Positions 38,950-52,800 of a DNA stretch of 64,000 bases are shown in pieces (the first letter of the stretch is position 1; each line of letters opens with the position of its first letter). The stretch spans positions 69,006,001 to 69,070,000 of the forward strand of contig OX597814.1 of assembly GCA_951406725.2 (NCBI GenBank), given 5' to 3'. The notes under the pieces were generated by a model, which was given only the letters and a program-made list of their open reading frames with translations, was not told the origin of the DNA and did not search any database. Made by a program: the position numbers and the translations under genes. This stretch comes from Octopus vulgaris (taxonomy: Eukaryota).

Positions 38950-40728
38950 ATATTTCTTTATTTGGTACCACAACCACAACACAGAGGGGGACACTACAAG
39001 GACAGACACAGCACCAAAATGAGGACAAAAAACATAAAACGAATGAGAACGAAATGTTATATGAAAATGAAGAAATGAAATGGCTGCATGGATCCCATTC
39101 CTATGCAGTAGCATTTGAATGTTTATACACATTATTTACAATCATTCTATTTTTCTATTGTTTTTTCTTAATCATCTTTTTTTCTCTTTTTTTACATGAA
39201 GCTTTTGCTATTTCCCTTTTTTTTTCTTTCAACAAAATAATTTTACTTACTCTTTTTTTCCTTTTTAATACTTCATGTAAGGCTCCAAGACTACGAGTGG
39301 CAGTTCGTCGAACTCCATCAACACTCCGGGCGGGTTAATCTTGTCTCCGCACATGTCTCTCAGTCTCTTGTATGTGTCTTTGTTGACCACAATGGTATTC
39401 ACATTCTCTGAATACATTTCCGTGGGTAACCTCACTCTTTTGATATGCTTAAATTTTACAACTTTTCTTTCCGTCTCTTTGTTTTTTGCATGTTACGAAA
39501 TTCCATTTATTTTTTCCTTTTCTTGGTCTTCTCTTTTCTACTTTCACTTCTGGTACCTTTTCCTTTTCCCTCTCCACTCTGAACAATTTCTACATTTTAC
39601 CCTCGTACAGTTGGACTCCTGAATCTTTCTCCTTCGCTGAAATAACCGGCGTCTTTAATACTGTTTCCTCCTTCTGTAACTCATTCTCGCACGCTTTTCC
39701 AATTACTTTTTCACTTTCTTTCTCCACAACCCTTTTGTCTTCCTTCCTTCTGGTCGCAGCTTTCATTTCCACCTCTTCTTTCTTCTTTTTCTGGTCAGCT
39801 GGCGGCGGGCTCACTCTTCCACTTCTTCTTTTCCTTTCCACCACCGCGAATCCCTCCTCCGTTGTTTTTTCTTCCATCTCCACCTGTACTACCAGGTCCG
39901 CACTCTCCTGCTTCTCCGTCTGTTCTCTCTGTGGGCACCTCGCCTTCATGCGGCCTTTCTTTCCACATGCAAAACATACAGGCGGCCTGCCCTCCACCAC
40001 CACTCTCAATCTCAAGTCGTCGGGTAGCACTATCATCTCAGCAATCCGATTAGTGAGCTCGATCCCGTATCCCTAGTAGTTGATTCTATGCGTCCTTGTG
40101 GCCCTCAGTATCTAGGCCTCGTCTTTCATATTGAACATTATGGCTGTCATCAGCCATGTTTCATTTAGTTCTGGGGGTATTTTGCCTACTCGCACTCTGG
40201 CCACATGTTTGCCACATTACGAAGGTAAAAGCACCCATTCTTCCGATCTTAATTGCATCTTTCTCTGTCGCAAAGCGCACCTCCACGGTGGCGTATTTCC
40301 TTCCTCTTGTTATAAATGTCGTCAGTTTTTTTATGCCTTTCAAAAACTCTTCAATTTCCTCCACAGTCGCAATCTCTATCTTTCTCGTTGTTATTTTCAT
40401 CGTTTTAAATATAACTGTTCCTTTTGTTACATTGCTTCTCAGTTCTGCAGGCGGCGTTAACTTTAACGTATCTCCCTCTTCTCACGGTCCTTCATTTTCC
40501 TTGGTTCTACCTTAATTTCAATTATTTCCAACGTTTCCTCTTCTATTCCATTTCCAGTTGCGGCCGCATAACTGTGGCCGCTCGCCGGCGTTTTCTCCAT
40601 TGTTCCCCCAATGGGGAAAAAACAAAACAATTTGCAATATCAGCAATTCGAACAGTAACAAACGAACAAATATTTAACGCTACTTACGACAAAAACACTC
40701 CGTTATAAACAACTCAACTCAAACTCTT
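38950..40728 (-). mobile_element. ORF1-only L1/Tx1-type non-autonomous element (HAL1-like)
   Basis: 15-bp TSD GCTTAAACTGTACTC (38935-38949, 40729-40743); ORF1 remnant with RRM-like part and VEGRPPVCFACGKKGRMKARCP knuckle; no RT. Confidence 0.75.
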
Positions 40729-40860
40729 GCTTAAACTGTACTCTGAATGGAGATGTAGTCAAATCCTATTTTATGGACTCAACCATGTTCTAAAATAAGT
40801 CGAAACGTAAGCTACTATAAATCGGCTCGAACTTTCTGGACAACCCAATATATGTGCGTA

Positions 40861-40956
<96 letters not shown>

Positions 40957-41035
40957 ATTATGAGTGTCTATGCACACATTTTTATATTTTTTTATTTTTA
41001 TATTTATATGTAAATTTTTTCATACTTACATTAAA

Positions 41036-41148
41036 TTCTCTGAAGAGGCCGTGAGACAATCTTGTTAATGTCTCATTTATACCTGCTTTATATGGCTAAT
41101 AGGTTAAATGGGACATACCTGTCTTCACGGCCGAAACTGCTGTCAGCT
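41036..41148 (+). ncRNA. Type I hammerhead ribozyme with extended stem II in solo pLTR module (~40975-41315)
   Basis: CT-CTGAAGA-GGCCGTGAGAC...GTCTTCACGGCC-GAAAC-TGCT-GTC-AG. Confidence 0.8.
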
Positions 41149-41310
41149 ACGATGTAATTGTATTTTCTATTTCTATTTCTATGTCTAGTTATATTTGTAA
41201 TATATTATGTATAATGTCATTGCTGTTGTGTAATGGTTTAATAAAGTATTGATTGGGTATTATCTGATGGTTGATGATTGATTTAGGTATGTTTCTCCAT
41301 TTTCTCATTT

Positions 41311-41350
<40 letters not shown>

Positions 41351-41434
41351 ATATCATATCATATCATTTCATATCATTAGTAGAAATACATAAATCCGGA
41401 GGAGAAGCACACTCTAAGATGTAGAGAACTTAAT

Positions 41435-41589
41435 ATTATAGTGTAGTAAGCCGGTTTATAGGGTTACTCTGGGTTTCTCGCTCATAAAGGGTTTAGCCTT
41501 AGGGCGTGTCTTCAGGTACGCCAAGGTTAAACCACTTATGAGCGAGAAATCCAGGGTAAGGCCATACACTGGCCAATCCCACTATAATA
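41435..41589. repeat. Imperfect ~155-bp palindrome
   Basis: TTACTCTGGGTTTCTCGCTCATAA.. / ..TTATGAGCGAGAAATCCAGGGTAA and outer TATTATAGTG/CACTATAATA. Confidence 0.8.
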
Positions 41590-41749
41590 AATATATATAT
41601 ATATGTATGTATGTGTGTATGTATGTGTGTATGTATGTATGTATGTATTTATATTTATAAGCAACCACATATACTTAACGTACAATGTGCATTTGTTTGT
41701 AGAATTCAATTTGGCGTGGTGGAGAATATATGTATGTATACACACACAC

Positions 41750-41836
<87 letters not shown>

Positions 41837-42529
41837 CATTGCCTAGGGGCTCAATTCTGGCAAATGTACATATGCCAGAATTGAGCTTCTAGGCCCGAGG
41901 GGCCTCTGTGCAACTGCCCTGTGTGCCCGTACCTCAAGACGGCTCTGAGTCACTGAGTATTTCGTAGATATTGTTTTAACATTATCCTAAATTAGAATCA
42001 GTGCGTCACTGTGCATGATTATGTCGACAGAATTACGGATCAAAAGGCTTTCCTTGTTTTCATTCTACCCAATTCAATTCACAACATAAGGAACTATTCG
42101 AGGCTATAGAAACAGAAATTACCCACATGCCATACAGTAGGATTGAACTGGGTACCTCATGACTGCAAAATTACCTTCCTAGCCACATAATGATAACTGT
42201 GCCCAAATGTAGCGGGTGGGAGTGTAAAATATCAAGATAGAAGGACTAAATGCTATCACAGTGTAATGAACGAGACAAGATACACTAACACCTGCAGGCA
42301 ACTATTTTCTGAGTGTGCATGTGACTATCAGAATTAAATCAAGTCATCTGAATAGAAAAATCGTTGGTATCTCATAAATATAAATAACGGATTAAAATTT
42401 CAGCATATAACCAGGTCAAAATTAGATATTTAACAATGATGTATGTATGTATAAACACATACATAAATACATACATACATACATACATACATACATACAT
42501 ACATACATACATACATACATGCATACATG

Positions 42530-42621
<92 letters not shown>

Positions 42622-42624
<3 letters not shown>

Positions 42625-42762
42625 TATTTACATTTGACGGATATTTGTCTTCATCTTGTTTGATGTTAGCACAACGTTTCGGCTGATGTACCCTCCAGCA
42701 TTCATCTTGGGGTAGTTTCGAACCTGGATTCTCATTCTTAAGGTATATTTCGATGTTGTTGA

Positions 42763-42861
<99 letters not shown>

Positions 42862-42942
42862 CAGGTCACTGCCTGGAATCGAACTCGGAATCTTGGGGTT
42901 ATTAGCCCGCGCTCTTAACCACAACGCCATATGAGCGCGGGC
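42622..42942 (-). mobile_element. tRNA-headed SINE-like element carrying a hammerhead body
   Basis: A box TGGCGTTGTGG, B box AGTTCGATTCC, (CTA)n(ATA)n spacer, then ..GCTG.GAGGGTACAT.CAGCC-GAAAC-GTT-GTG (42669-42706). Confidence 0.65.
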
Positions 42943-43075
42943 ATATTTTGATTGCCTCGATAACTGAACTCGGTACCATGTGGTAAGCAAGCAACTTACA
43001 GCACAGCCACTCCTGCGCCTATATATATTATATATATATATTATATTATATTATATTATATTATATTATATTTAT

Positions 43076-43440
43076 AGGCGCAGGAGTGGCTGTGCTGTAA
43101 GTTGCTTGCTTACCGCATGATACCGAGTTCAGTCCCACTGTGTGACACCTTGCGAAAGTGTCTTCTAATATAGCCTCGGCCGACCAAAGCCTTGTGAATG
43201 GATTTGGTAGAAGGAAACTGATAGAAACCCGTCGTGTGTGTGTGTGCGTGTGTGTGTCCCAACATCGATTGACAACAGATGCTGGTGTGTCTACGTCCTC
43301 GTTAACTAGCGGTTCGGCAAAAGAGAACGATAGAATAAGTACTAGGCTTACAAAGAATAAGTCCTGGGGTCGATTTGCTCGACTAAAGGCGGTGCCCAAG
43401 CATAGCCGCAATCAAACGACTGGAAGAAGTAAAAGAGTAT
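43076..43440 (+). mobile_element. tRNA-derived SINE (main family) with inverted head copy at 42960-43020
   Basis: Family consensus match. Confidence 0.88.
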
Positions 43441-43888
43441 ATATGCATGTAAATATATGCTCTTATAGATAAATATATATATATTTATAGGTATTTTATA
43501 CACACGCATACTCACACGCCACGTGAATATGTATGTATGTATGAATTTCGGATCATTCCTTACTCGATCTTGATTTTATAACTACCAGTTCCTTGTAATT
43601 CTAGCACGCCACCTTTTTTCAGATTTCTACCCTTTCGCATGCCTATGTCTTCAAAAATATGGTTTTAAAATATGCATTTTTCAGAAAATCATGGGAAAAC
43701 AACGACAGAGATGGGGGCACTAAGCTGTACTTATGCTAAAGAACATAAAAACGGTAACGTTGATTTGAAGAAACACTTCCGACGAAATTACGGTTTTTGG
43801 CGCGCACGGTTATTTCTAAGACAATTTCTTGTTCACACACACACACATGCAGACACACAAAACACATACAAAACACATAAACATACAG

Positions 43889-43935
<47 letters not shown>

Positions 43936-45127
43936 CAAACACACACAAACACACACACACACACGTCTGTCTGCGTGTGTATGCGTAACGTGGCGTTTGA
44001 GGGGAAGTGAATACAAATTGTGATAGTAGCCCAGATTAGTAAATAAATAAAATATACATATTAAATAATAGAAACTAAGTATTGAATATTAAACAAACTT
44101 ACTGTCTGAGAGAGTATCTTGTTCTTTTAGGGCGAGGAGATTCTGAACTCATCTCTGTTTCTTCTTTGTTTTACGAAAAATAGATACACACAAAGCGATT
44201 AGTGTTTATTTATGGACAATGATGACAATTGTTATTGTTGTTGACACACTACGCAATGTTGCTGGTGGTAGTTTTTAATGAATGTTAGTTTAGAAAAACT
44301 AATACGTTTTCGTTTTCTAAGTTGAAAGACTTCGCTTTCCTCTCTTAGAAACTGAGAGCGTTCAGTTCACGCAGAAGTTTAGTTGAAAATGATAAATAAA
44401 AGGAACTGAAGAGGAGTGGGGGTAACAGCAGCTGCTACACATGCAAAGGCGGTAATTCATCCAGTTCAGTTGACTGTATACACAGCTTTTTCTTTCTATG
44501 TCTACCTCGTTTTCTAACTATTCCCTTATATAAATTTTGTTTCTTATTTCATGCCATTCTTTTAATATCTTTTCATTGTTGTCTGGCAAGTGTCATAGTT
44601 GTTTGGCAAGTAAGATCGTGAACAAAAATTGAAATAATAACGAAAACCGCGTAAACTATTAAAAAAAAACACAAACTGTTAGATTCAGTTTTATTCATAG
44701 AACATGAAGCGCGAAAAAGTTTCTTTGCCTTTCTACAACCATGGCCGTTACGCCTGATGGATTTTGTCAGTTAGCGAGTCACAAAAGTACGATGGAAATT
44801 TTTGAAAATTTATTTTCTTTATTCTTTTATTTTATCTTACTTGTTTCAGTCATTAGACTGCAGCCATGCTGGGGCACCGCCAAGAAGAATCTTAATCGAA
44901 CGAATGACCTCAGTACTATTATTTTAAAGCCTGGTACATACATAGGCGCAGGAGTGGCTGTGGTAAGTAGCTTGCTTACCAACCACATGGTTCCGGGTTC
45001 AGTCCCACTGCGTAGCATCTTGGGCAAGTGTCTTCTGCTATAGCCTCGGGCCGACCAACACCTTGTGAGTGGATTTGGTAGACGGAAACTGAAAGAAGCC
45101 TGTGGTATATATGTATATATATATATG

Positions 45128-45617
45128 CTAGCAGTATCGCCCGGCGTTGCTCGGGTTTGTAAGGGAAATAACTATATAAGCATTTTTAGAGAGTTACTTC
45201 CCTTATAAATTCGGACTTTCTTAGCCATTTTTGTTTTGGTGTCTTCAAGCCATGAAGTCGTTATTCTAAAAGAACGCTGGTTTCCTTCACAACGCATTAC
45301 GACGTTGATTTATTTACACTCCCTTCCCCACAGCTTCACGAGGGAGGGAAGGGGGAGAAGCAAACAGGTGCAGCTGTGAGCGTGGACGCCAACTCCGCCG
45401 CCATCGACACACGATGCATTTTATGCATTAAAATGGAATAAAAAATGATGTTAAATTATTTTTAAAATCGTAGACTCATCGTTGACGCGCGCTAATAGTC
45501 AGACGGGCTCGATATGAATCACGACTATAAGATACCCGAATTTGGTTAAACTGCACCGCAAAATGTGGGAGGAGTTAGGAATTTAAATCGAAGGGGACAG
45601 ACACTCACACAACTAGA

Positions 45618-45630
<13 letters not shown>
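45128..45630 (-). mobile_element. Non-autonomous Helitron
   Basis: Reverse complement of 46888-47525; 3' hairpin CCCGAGCAACGCCGGG and CTAG. Confidence 0.8.
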
Positions 45631-45680
<50 letters not shown>

Positions 45681-46509
45681 ATAATCTCTTATTATAAAAG
45701 GCAGATCTTATTATAAAAGGCAGATTTTATCTGCCTCCCTTTGGGAGTTATACAAATCTACAATATAGGATTTCTTCAATTACAATTTACCTGGCATTTT
45801 TAAGAGTACAATGCATCGCGTCATGCCAGGTCCAGTTTTTAAAATTTAAACTCCAATTAAGCAAAATTTACAGAAAACTCACATTCTGGTGTGTGTGTCA
45901 AATACTTTTCTTAGTCTGGTTTACACCACACGCAAACGCACACACACAGTGGGCAACGAATAAAATGAAAGTAAATAGCGACAGAGTGATTTGAGGAAGA
46001 CTAAAGTGAAAGTATTCTGTCTATGATGCTGATAGATACATGAGTAAAATGTATGGGAAGCTAAGAGCTAAGAGTGAGTGAAAATGTTCTTGGAAGAGAG
46101 TAATTAGTAATAAAGTAAACATACACTCATACATACATACATACATACATACATACATACATACATACATACATACATACATACATACATACATACACAC
46201 ACATACACACACACATACATACACACACACATACATACATACACACATACATACATACATACACATACATACATACATATACATACATACATACACACAC
46301 ACACATACACACACACACAGTATTGAAGCTTGAGAACAATCAGATACATTTGCAACACATCTGTTGAAAATATTATTGTTCACACACATACATATACATA
46401 TATACATACAGACAGACAGACAGATAGACACACACACACACACACACACATGATCCAGCATGGCCACAACCTCAAGGCTGAAACATATAAAAGAATAACA
46501 GAATATAAA

Positions 46510-46870
46510 TGTGTGCAAAGTACAAGAAATATTAATGCAGTATATGGGGATTGGACAATAAGCGTAAGGCAGTGTCAATGGTGGTTCCAGAAATCCCGAG
46601 CCATAAACTACAGCCTAGAAGACGAGCCTCATCCTGAAAGATCTGTAGAACTCGACAAGGACATCCTGAAAACCCTGGTGGAACAAAATATCATCGTAAC
46701 TGTTGAGGAACTAGCAGAGAAGCTTGGATTTGGTCATTCAACCATTCATTGACACCTGTGTGCTATCGGAAAAGTCAGCAAATTGGGTCAATGGGTACCT
46801 CACGAACTTTCCGAGTCTAATTGCATGCAGAGAGTGAATGTATGCTTTTCTTTGCTGTCATATCTCACCA
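46510..46870 (+). mobile_element. Mariner transposase fragment (same family as 7718-8699)
   Basis: STRNINAVYGDWTISVRQCQWWF..LEDEPHPER..TVEELAEKLG; WVPHEL motif. Confidence 0.85.
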
Positions 46871-46887
46871 CTACTGCGCTATGTATA

Positions 46888-47524
46888 TCTATATATATAA
46901 AACTGTAGTTGTGTGAGTGTCTGTCCCCTTCGATTTAGATTCCTAACTACTCCCACATTTTGCGGTACAGTTTAACAAAATTCGGGTAGCTTATAGTCGT
47001 GATTCATATCGAGCCCGTCTGAATATTAGCGCGCGTCTACGATGAGTCTACGATTTTAAAAATAATTTAACATCATTTTTTATTCCATTTTAATGCATAA
47101 AATGCATCGTGTGTCGATGGCGGCGGAGTTGGCGTCCACGCTCACACCTGCACCTGTGGGGAAGGGAGTGTAAGGAAATCAACGTCGTAATGCGTTGTCA
47201 AGGAGACCAGTGTTCTTTTAGAACAACGACTTCATGGCTTGAAGACACCAAAACAGAAATGGCTAAGAAAGCGTCTACATGAGTCTACGATTTAAAAAAA
47301 ATTTACCATCGTTTTTTTTCCATTTTAATGCATTTTTTCGGTATTATATAAGGGAAGTAACTCTCTAAAAATGTCTACGATGAGTCAACGATTTAAAAAA
47401 AAATTTACCATCATATTTTTTCCATTTTTAATGCATTTTTTGCTATTTTTTGGCTATAACTCTCTAAAAATGCTTATATAGTTATTTCCCTTACAAACCC
47501 GAGCAACGCCGGGCGATACTGCTA

Positions 47525-47525
<1 letters not shown>
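46888..47525 (+). mobile_element. Non-autonomous Helitron
   Basis: A|TC 5' start, 3' GC hairpin followed by CTAG|T; extra internal ~100-bp repeats at 47270-47460. Confidence 0.85.
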
Positions 47526-47598
<73 letters not shown>

Positions 47599-48769
47599 TT
47601 GTGTGTCTGTGTCCCCCACCATCGCTTGACAACCGATGCTGGTGTGTTTACGTCCCCCGTCACTTAGCGGTTCGGCAAAAAGAGACCGATAGAATAAGTA
47701 CTGGGCTTACAAAGAATAAGTCCCGGGGTCGATTTGCTCGACTAAAGGTGGTGCTCCAGCATGGCCACAGTCAAATGACTGAAACAAGTAAAAGAGTAAA
47801 AAGAGAGAGAGAGAGTATTCAATCAAAATCCTTTTGTCGAACCGCTTAGTTACAGGGGCATAAACACATCAACATTGGTTGTCAAGTGGTGTGGAGAGGG
47901 TCTAGGACAGACACAAAGACATACAAACATACATACATACATACATACATACATACATACATACATACATACATACATACATACATACGTACGTACGTAC
48001 GTACGTAGATACATACATACATACATACATACATACATACATACATACATACATACATACATACATACATACATTTATATGTATATCAAATAACCTACAG
48101 AATAAATTCTTGATTTTAAATTATTTCTGCCTCTTGAGGAAGTGTCATAATTACTAAATAGCGATTAAGATCAGCTCCACTTGAGAAAAGGAGATAATCT
48201 CAGGAATCGAAAATTTCTCAGAACTTGGTAAGGTATCAACGACTAGTTTAACGTCTGGAAAGAGGACTGTCATTGGACTTGGGTTGTTGACTCAATAGCC
48301 GTCAACACGACAGTTCTTCAACTTTATTTCCAATAACCAAAGGACTTACACTCATGCAAAAAAGAACAGAAAACATTTTTGGCCAAGGTAATTTGTTTAA
48401 TTTGAACAAAATTGAGCTGCGAAAAATAACTCAAATGTATTTGAATAACATACATGCCACTGGCTAAAAATTAATTTTATCGACTCGTAGGCGAGTTTCT
48501 CTATCACTGATAAATTATCTTATTCTATTTGTTTTAAAGAAAACGGCGACCAGTAATGCTTGAGCTCAAATTTAAAGTCAATAACAGCTTGCATAACACC
48601 ACCAAGACTCTCACCTACAAAGCCAAGTAGTCCCGAGACAAGCAAGAAAAAGATCTCTGGTTTTATAATAAAGCGTGTGTTATTTCGAAATTTTCTTCTC
48701 CCAGGAAGATGTCAAAACAAACACTAGGCTTTCCTGCTACATAATATTGGATGGCAGTTGGCTCTATTG

Positions 48770-48918
48770 AGTACATCCGTTCTTTGACAAGGTTCGTTTT
48801 TCATCTTTCAAGGTTTCAAGCAAGTTTGGTAGAGTTACTGGTTTAGTCGCCGACGGCTCTATCATGCAACAGGTTGTGTTGGATTACATGTTACCAGTAA
48901 CACTAAGAGTAACATGCC
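48770..48918 (-). mobile_element. Diverged homolog of the RTE 5' leader (852-1030), also abutting (TATG)-type repeats
   Basis: Collinear similarity, e.g. GTCGGCGACTAAACCAGTAAC vs GTCAGCAACTAAACTGGCAAC. Confidence 0.65.
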
Positions 48919-49031
48919 ATACCTACCTACCTACCCACCCACCTGCCCACCTGCCTGCCTACATACCTACCTACCTACCTACCTACCTACATACATACAT
49001 ACATACATACATACATACATACATACATACA

Positions 49032-49065
<34 letters not shown>

Positions 49066-49802
49066 GTGATGTCGATTAAGTGACATCCTATAATTTAATA
49101 AGCATGAGATAAAGAAGAGTCACCATGTTATACGTAATGACAAGAAAATAAGAATTTGCGAGACGTTTGTAATAAGTCATAACATATTTATTACTGGAGG
49201 GAATGCTTTAACATATAAGGTTAATTGAAGGGAACTTGTAACATCACATGAACATATTCTTTTGCAAGCACATGTCTCCAAGCAAATGAGGCGAACATAC
49301 GCGTGTGTATGCGAGTGGACCGAAGAATCAACAGGCAATGAATGGCGCGAATTTAGAAATGTGTTCCATTATATAAGGGATGAACCGGAAGTCCCTGGCT
49401 TCCACGTCAACTGGAAGCTTCCAGAATGTTCGAGAACGTTCTAGACGGTCGAGGGAGATTACTCTCGTTAGATCCCCTTTTCGTTTTGCTTTCCAGCCTG
49501 ACCGCCATCCTCAGACGATAAGCAAAATCATTGTAGTGATCCAGGACAGATACGAAGCAAAACGAAGTAGCAGAAATATATGCTTGCAAAGCAAGTAGTA
49601 TAATAGGAAAATATCAATACATGTATCATGAGAGATACTGAATATAAGTGCAGTAAACCTTTAACTACTCAGCTATGCACATCAAACTAAATGCAAAACA
49701 TGGCAAAATGAAAATACAATGTGTAACATCCATGGGAAAATGTTTGTGAATAAACGTTCTTTTGTAAAAGAAATAGCAAACAGTTTGTTTTGTAACACAA
49801 AG

Positions 49803-52800
49803 TTAAATATAAATGGTTCTGGATAATTTTTGTGGCATATATACTGTTCTGCCACTTCTTGTGATATAAGGTTTAGAGCTATGTTGTGTTTGCGGTGCAT
49901 GTGGTGGTGTTGGTGTAGGAGTGAATGTACGTGGTATGTCAGGTTCTGGAATGAGATTTTCTGAGAAAGCTTTTTTTATCCTGTCAATGGATATTATTTC
50001 TTTTTGACCAATAATATCGACTATGAAATTTTTTGGTGAGTGCGACAGTACACGATAAGGTTCAGAATAAGATGATGTAAGAGATGTCTGATGGGACAGC
50101 AGAAGAAATGGATTGATCCCGTGGAGACATTGGAGGAAGATTGGAGAAGTAAGAACGATGCCTGTTGACGTATGAGGAGGTATCAGAATCTGGTGAATCA
50201 ACTGGTATGAACATTTGACCGGAAAGCATCAAGGTGGTGCCGTAAAGAAGTTAGGCTGAGGAGAAGCCTAAATCTGTCTTAACAGCGGAACGGCAACCAA
50301 GGAGGACAATTGGTAGGAATTCGGTCCAGCGTTGAGGATTAGGAGTAGCGCATAGTGCAACTTTTAACTGCCTGTGGAATCGTTCTATCATTCCATTGGA
50401 AGCTGGGTGATAACTTGTATGAATTCGATGAGCACCCAAGTGTCGTGATATTTCACGGAATAAAGAAGCTTCGAACTGGCGTCCCCTATCAGTGGTTATT
50501 TTAGATGGGACACCAAAGTGCGCCACCCAATTGGAAATGAACGTTTGGCCGACGGATTCGGCTGTGATGTCAATCAGAGGTATGGCTTCAGACCATCAAA
50601 AGAAACGATCAATGCAAGTCAAGATGTACGTGAAACCGCGACTAACGGGCCAGGGTCCAATAATGTCGATGTGGACATGACGGAAACGAGCGTCCGGTGG
50701 GCTGAATTTTCCAAGAGGAGCACGAACATGTCGATGGACCTTGGTGAGTTGACACTGCAAACAAGAACGTGTCGAACTGGTGATTATACGGCGCATGTTA
50801 GGCCAGAAGAAACGGGCAGTAATGAGCTTTACTGTGGCGGCCATGGCGGGATGCGGCAAGGAATGAAGAGCATCGAAAACAGTAAGCTGATGACGATGTG
50901 GAACAAGCGGTCTAGGTGAGCCGGTAGAGATGTCACAAAGGATCCGTCCTTCAGCAGACGAAATGGAGTAAGTATTCAAATCTTCAACAGGAATATTAGT
51001 TGGAAGAAGTGTCCAAAGAGTCCAGAGGAGGTTAGTCTGTGGCGATAGCAACCAAATCGATGTGTGCTGGAGACTAAAGTGAACACACAGGAAGTCTGGA
51101 TAATACATCAGCAGGTATGTTTGCAGATCCGGATATATGACGAATGTCGCTGGTATATTACGAGATGAAATCCAAGTGTCAGTATGTCCTTGGCGAGTAT
51201 TTATCAGACTTGGATTGAAGAGCGAATGTAAGAGGTTTATGATCTGAGAATTCCGTGAACTCTCGACCTTCTAGGAGATGGCGAAAGTGTCTCACAGCAA
51301 GATAAACTGCTAAGAGCTCTCCGTTAAAAGTACTGTAACGCTGTTCTGCTAGCTTGAATTGACATGAGATAAAAACAAGTGGTTGATTTTTCTGATTGAT
51401 GATGTGTTCTAGGACGGTGTCCACGGTAATCGTGGACGCGTCGACGGTTAGGAATAGTTTCAAGTTTGCAGTAGGATGAACGAGAAAGGAAACTTTAGCT
51501 AATTCAGACTTTACGGAGTCGAAAGCTTGCAAGGCTTCAACCGAAAGGAAAATAGATGCGTCTTTCTTCTTTGTAGATTTCAAAAGATGTGTCAGGGGAA
51601 ACAACAACGCAGTTCGGGATGAAAGTTCTGTAAAAATGTATTTACGTACTCGTCTCAATGAAGTAGGGGGGGGTTACGATTTTCTGAATAGCATCCACTT
51701 TAGATGGGAGGGGTTGACTTCCCTCTGCGTCTATAAGATGTCTAAGGAATTCCAATGAAGTTGTACCGAATACACATTTAGCTGGATTGATCTTTACATG
51801 ATACGCTCGCAAACGTTTAAACAACTGAGATAGATGTTGATGATGTTGTTCAACCGTGTCGCTGGCTACTAGGAGGTTATCTGCATAAGCAAAAACAAAA
51901 TTCAATCCGCGTACGACTTCGTCAATGAAATGCTGGAATGTACTAGCAACATTTCTCAGACCAAAAGGCATAGATAGGAATTCGAATGAACCAAACGAAG
52001 TGGTTATGGCAGTTTAAGATATATCTTCCGAGTTCATCGGGATTTGGTGGTACGCACGTACCAGATCCACTTTGGAAAATATAGTGCAACCATGGAGAAC
52101 ATATCAAAAATCCTTTAAGTTGGGTAGAGGATAACGATCGGACGTGATAATAGTATTAAGTCTCCTGTAATCACCAACGGGTCTAAAATCCGCTTCACCA
52201 TTCCGAGCTAAGTGTAACGGAGATGCCCAAGTGCTAGTAGAAGGACGTATAAGACCAAACTGAAGCATGTACTTGAATTCAGTGCGGGCTTTCTTGAGGT
52301 TGTCTGGCGCTAGTCTACGTGGACGTGAGAAAACAGGTGGACCAGTTGTTGTAATAAAGTATTGAGTCGAGTCGACTGTCTGGGTAGGCTTAAATGAGAG
52401 ATCCGTTTATACGGAAACGAGGCAAGAATAGAAGTATGGAACTGGTTATTGACAGCAGCTACAAAAAATGATGGGCTGAGGATAGCAGTAATAGATTCAC
52501 ATGCAGACATAGATAAAGATGTGGTAGTATCCACAAGTTTCTGTTTCCTGACATCTACCTGGTGTGAATAGTGGTGTAAGAAGACTGCCCCGAGGATAGG
52601 ATGCGGTAGGTCAGCGAAGACAAAAATCCATTTAAAATCTCGACGCAAGGCAAGGTCTAGAGTTAAAGATATCTAACTGTAGGTTTTGATGGGAGACTGG
52701 TTCACTGCATATAAGGAAATACTGGATAATTGTGGCTTGTTAGAGCTGAACCGTAATGGCAAAATATTGCAACTTGATCCTGTATCAACCATGAACGACC

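Larger units (their letters stand above)
44944..47805 (+). mobile_element. Main-family SINE split in its internal (TA)n (5' half 44944-45110, 3' half ~47590-47805)
   Basis: The halves are complementary parts of one consensus; an inverted 3'-end copy lies at 44825-44938. Confidence 0.7.

Noticed and set aside
44097-44480. Possible minus-strand first exon/promoter (GTAAGT donor at ~44102)
   Set aside because: Only a donor-like motif in unique sequence; no ORF or other support.
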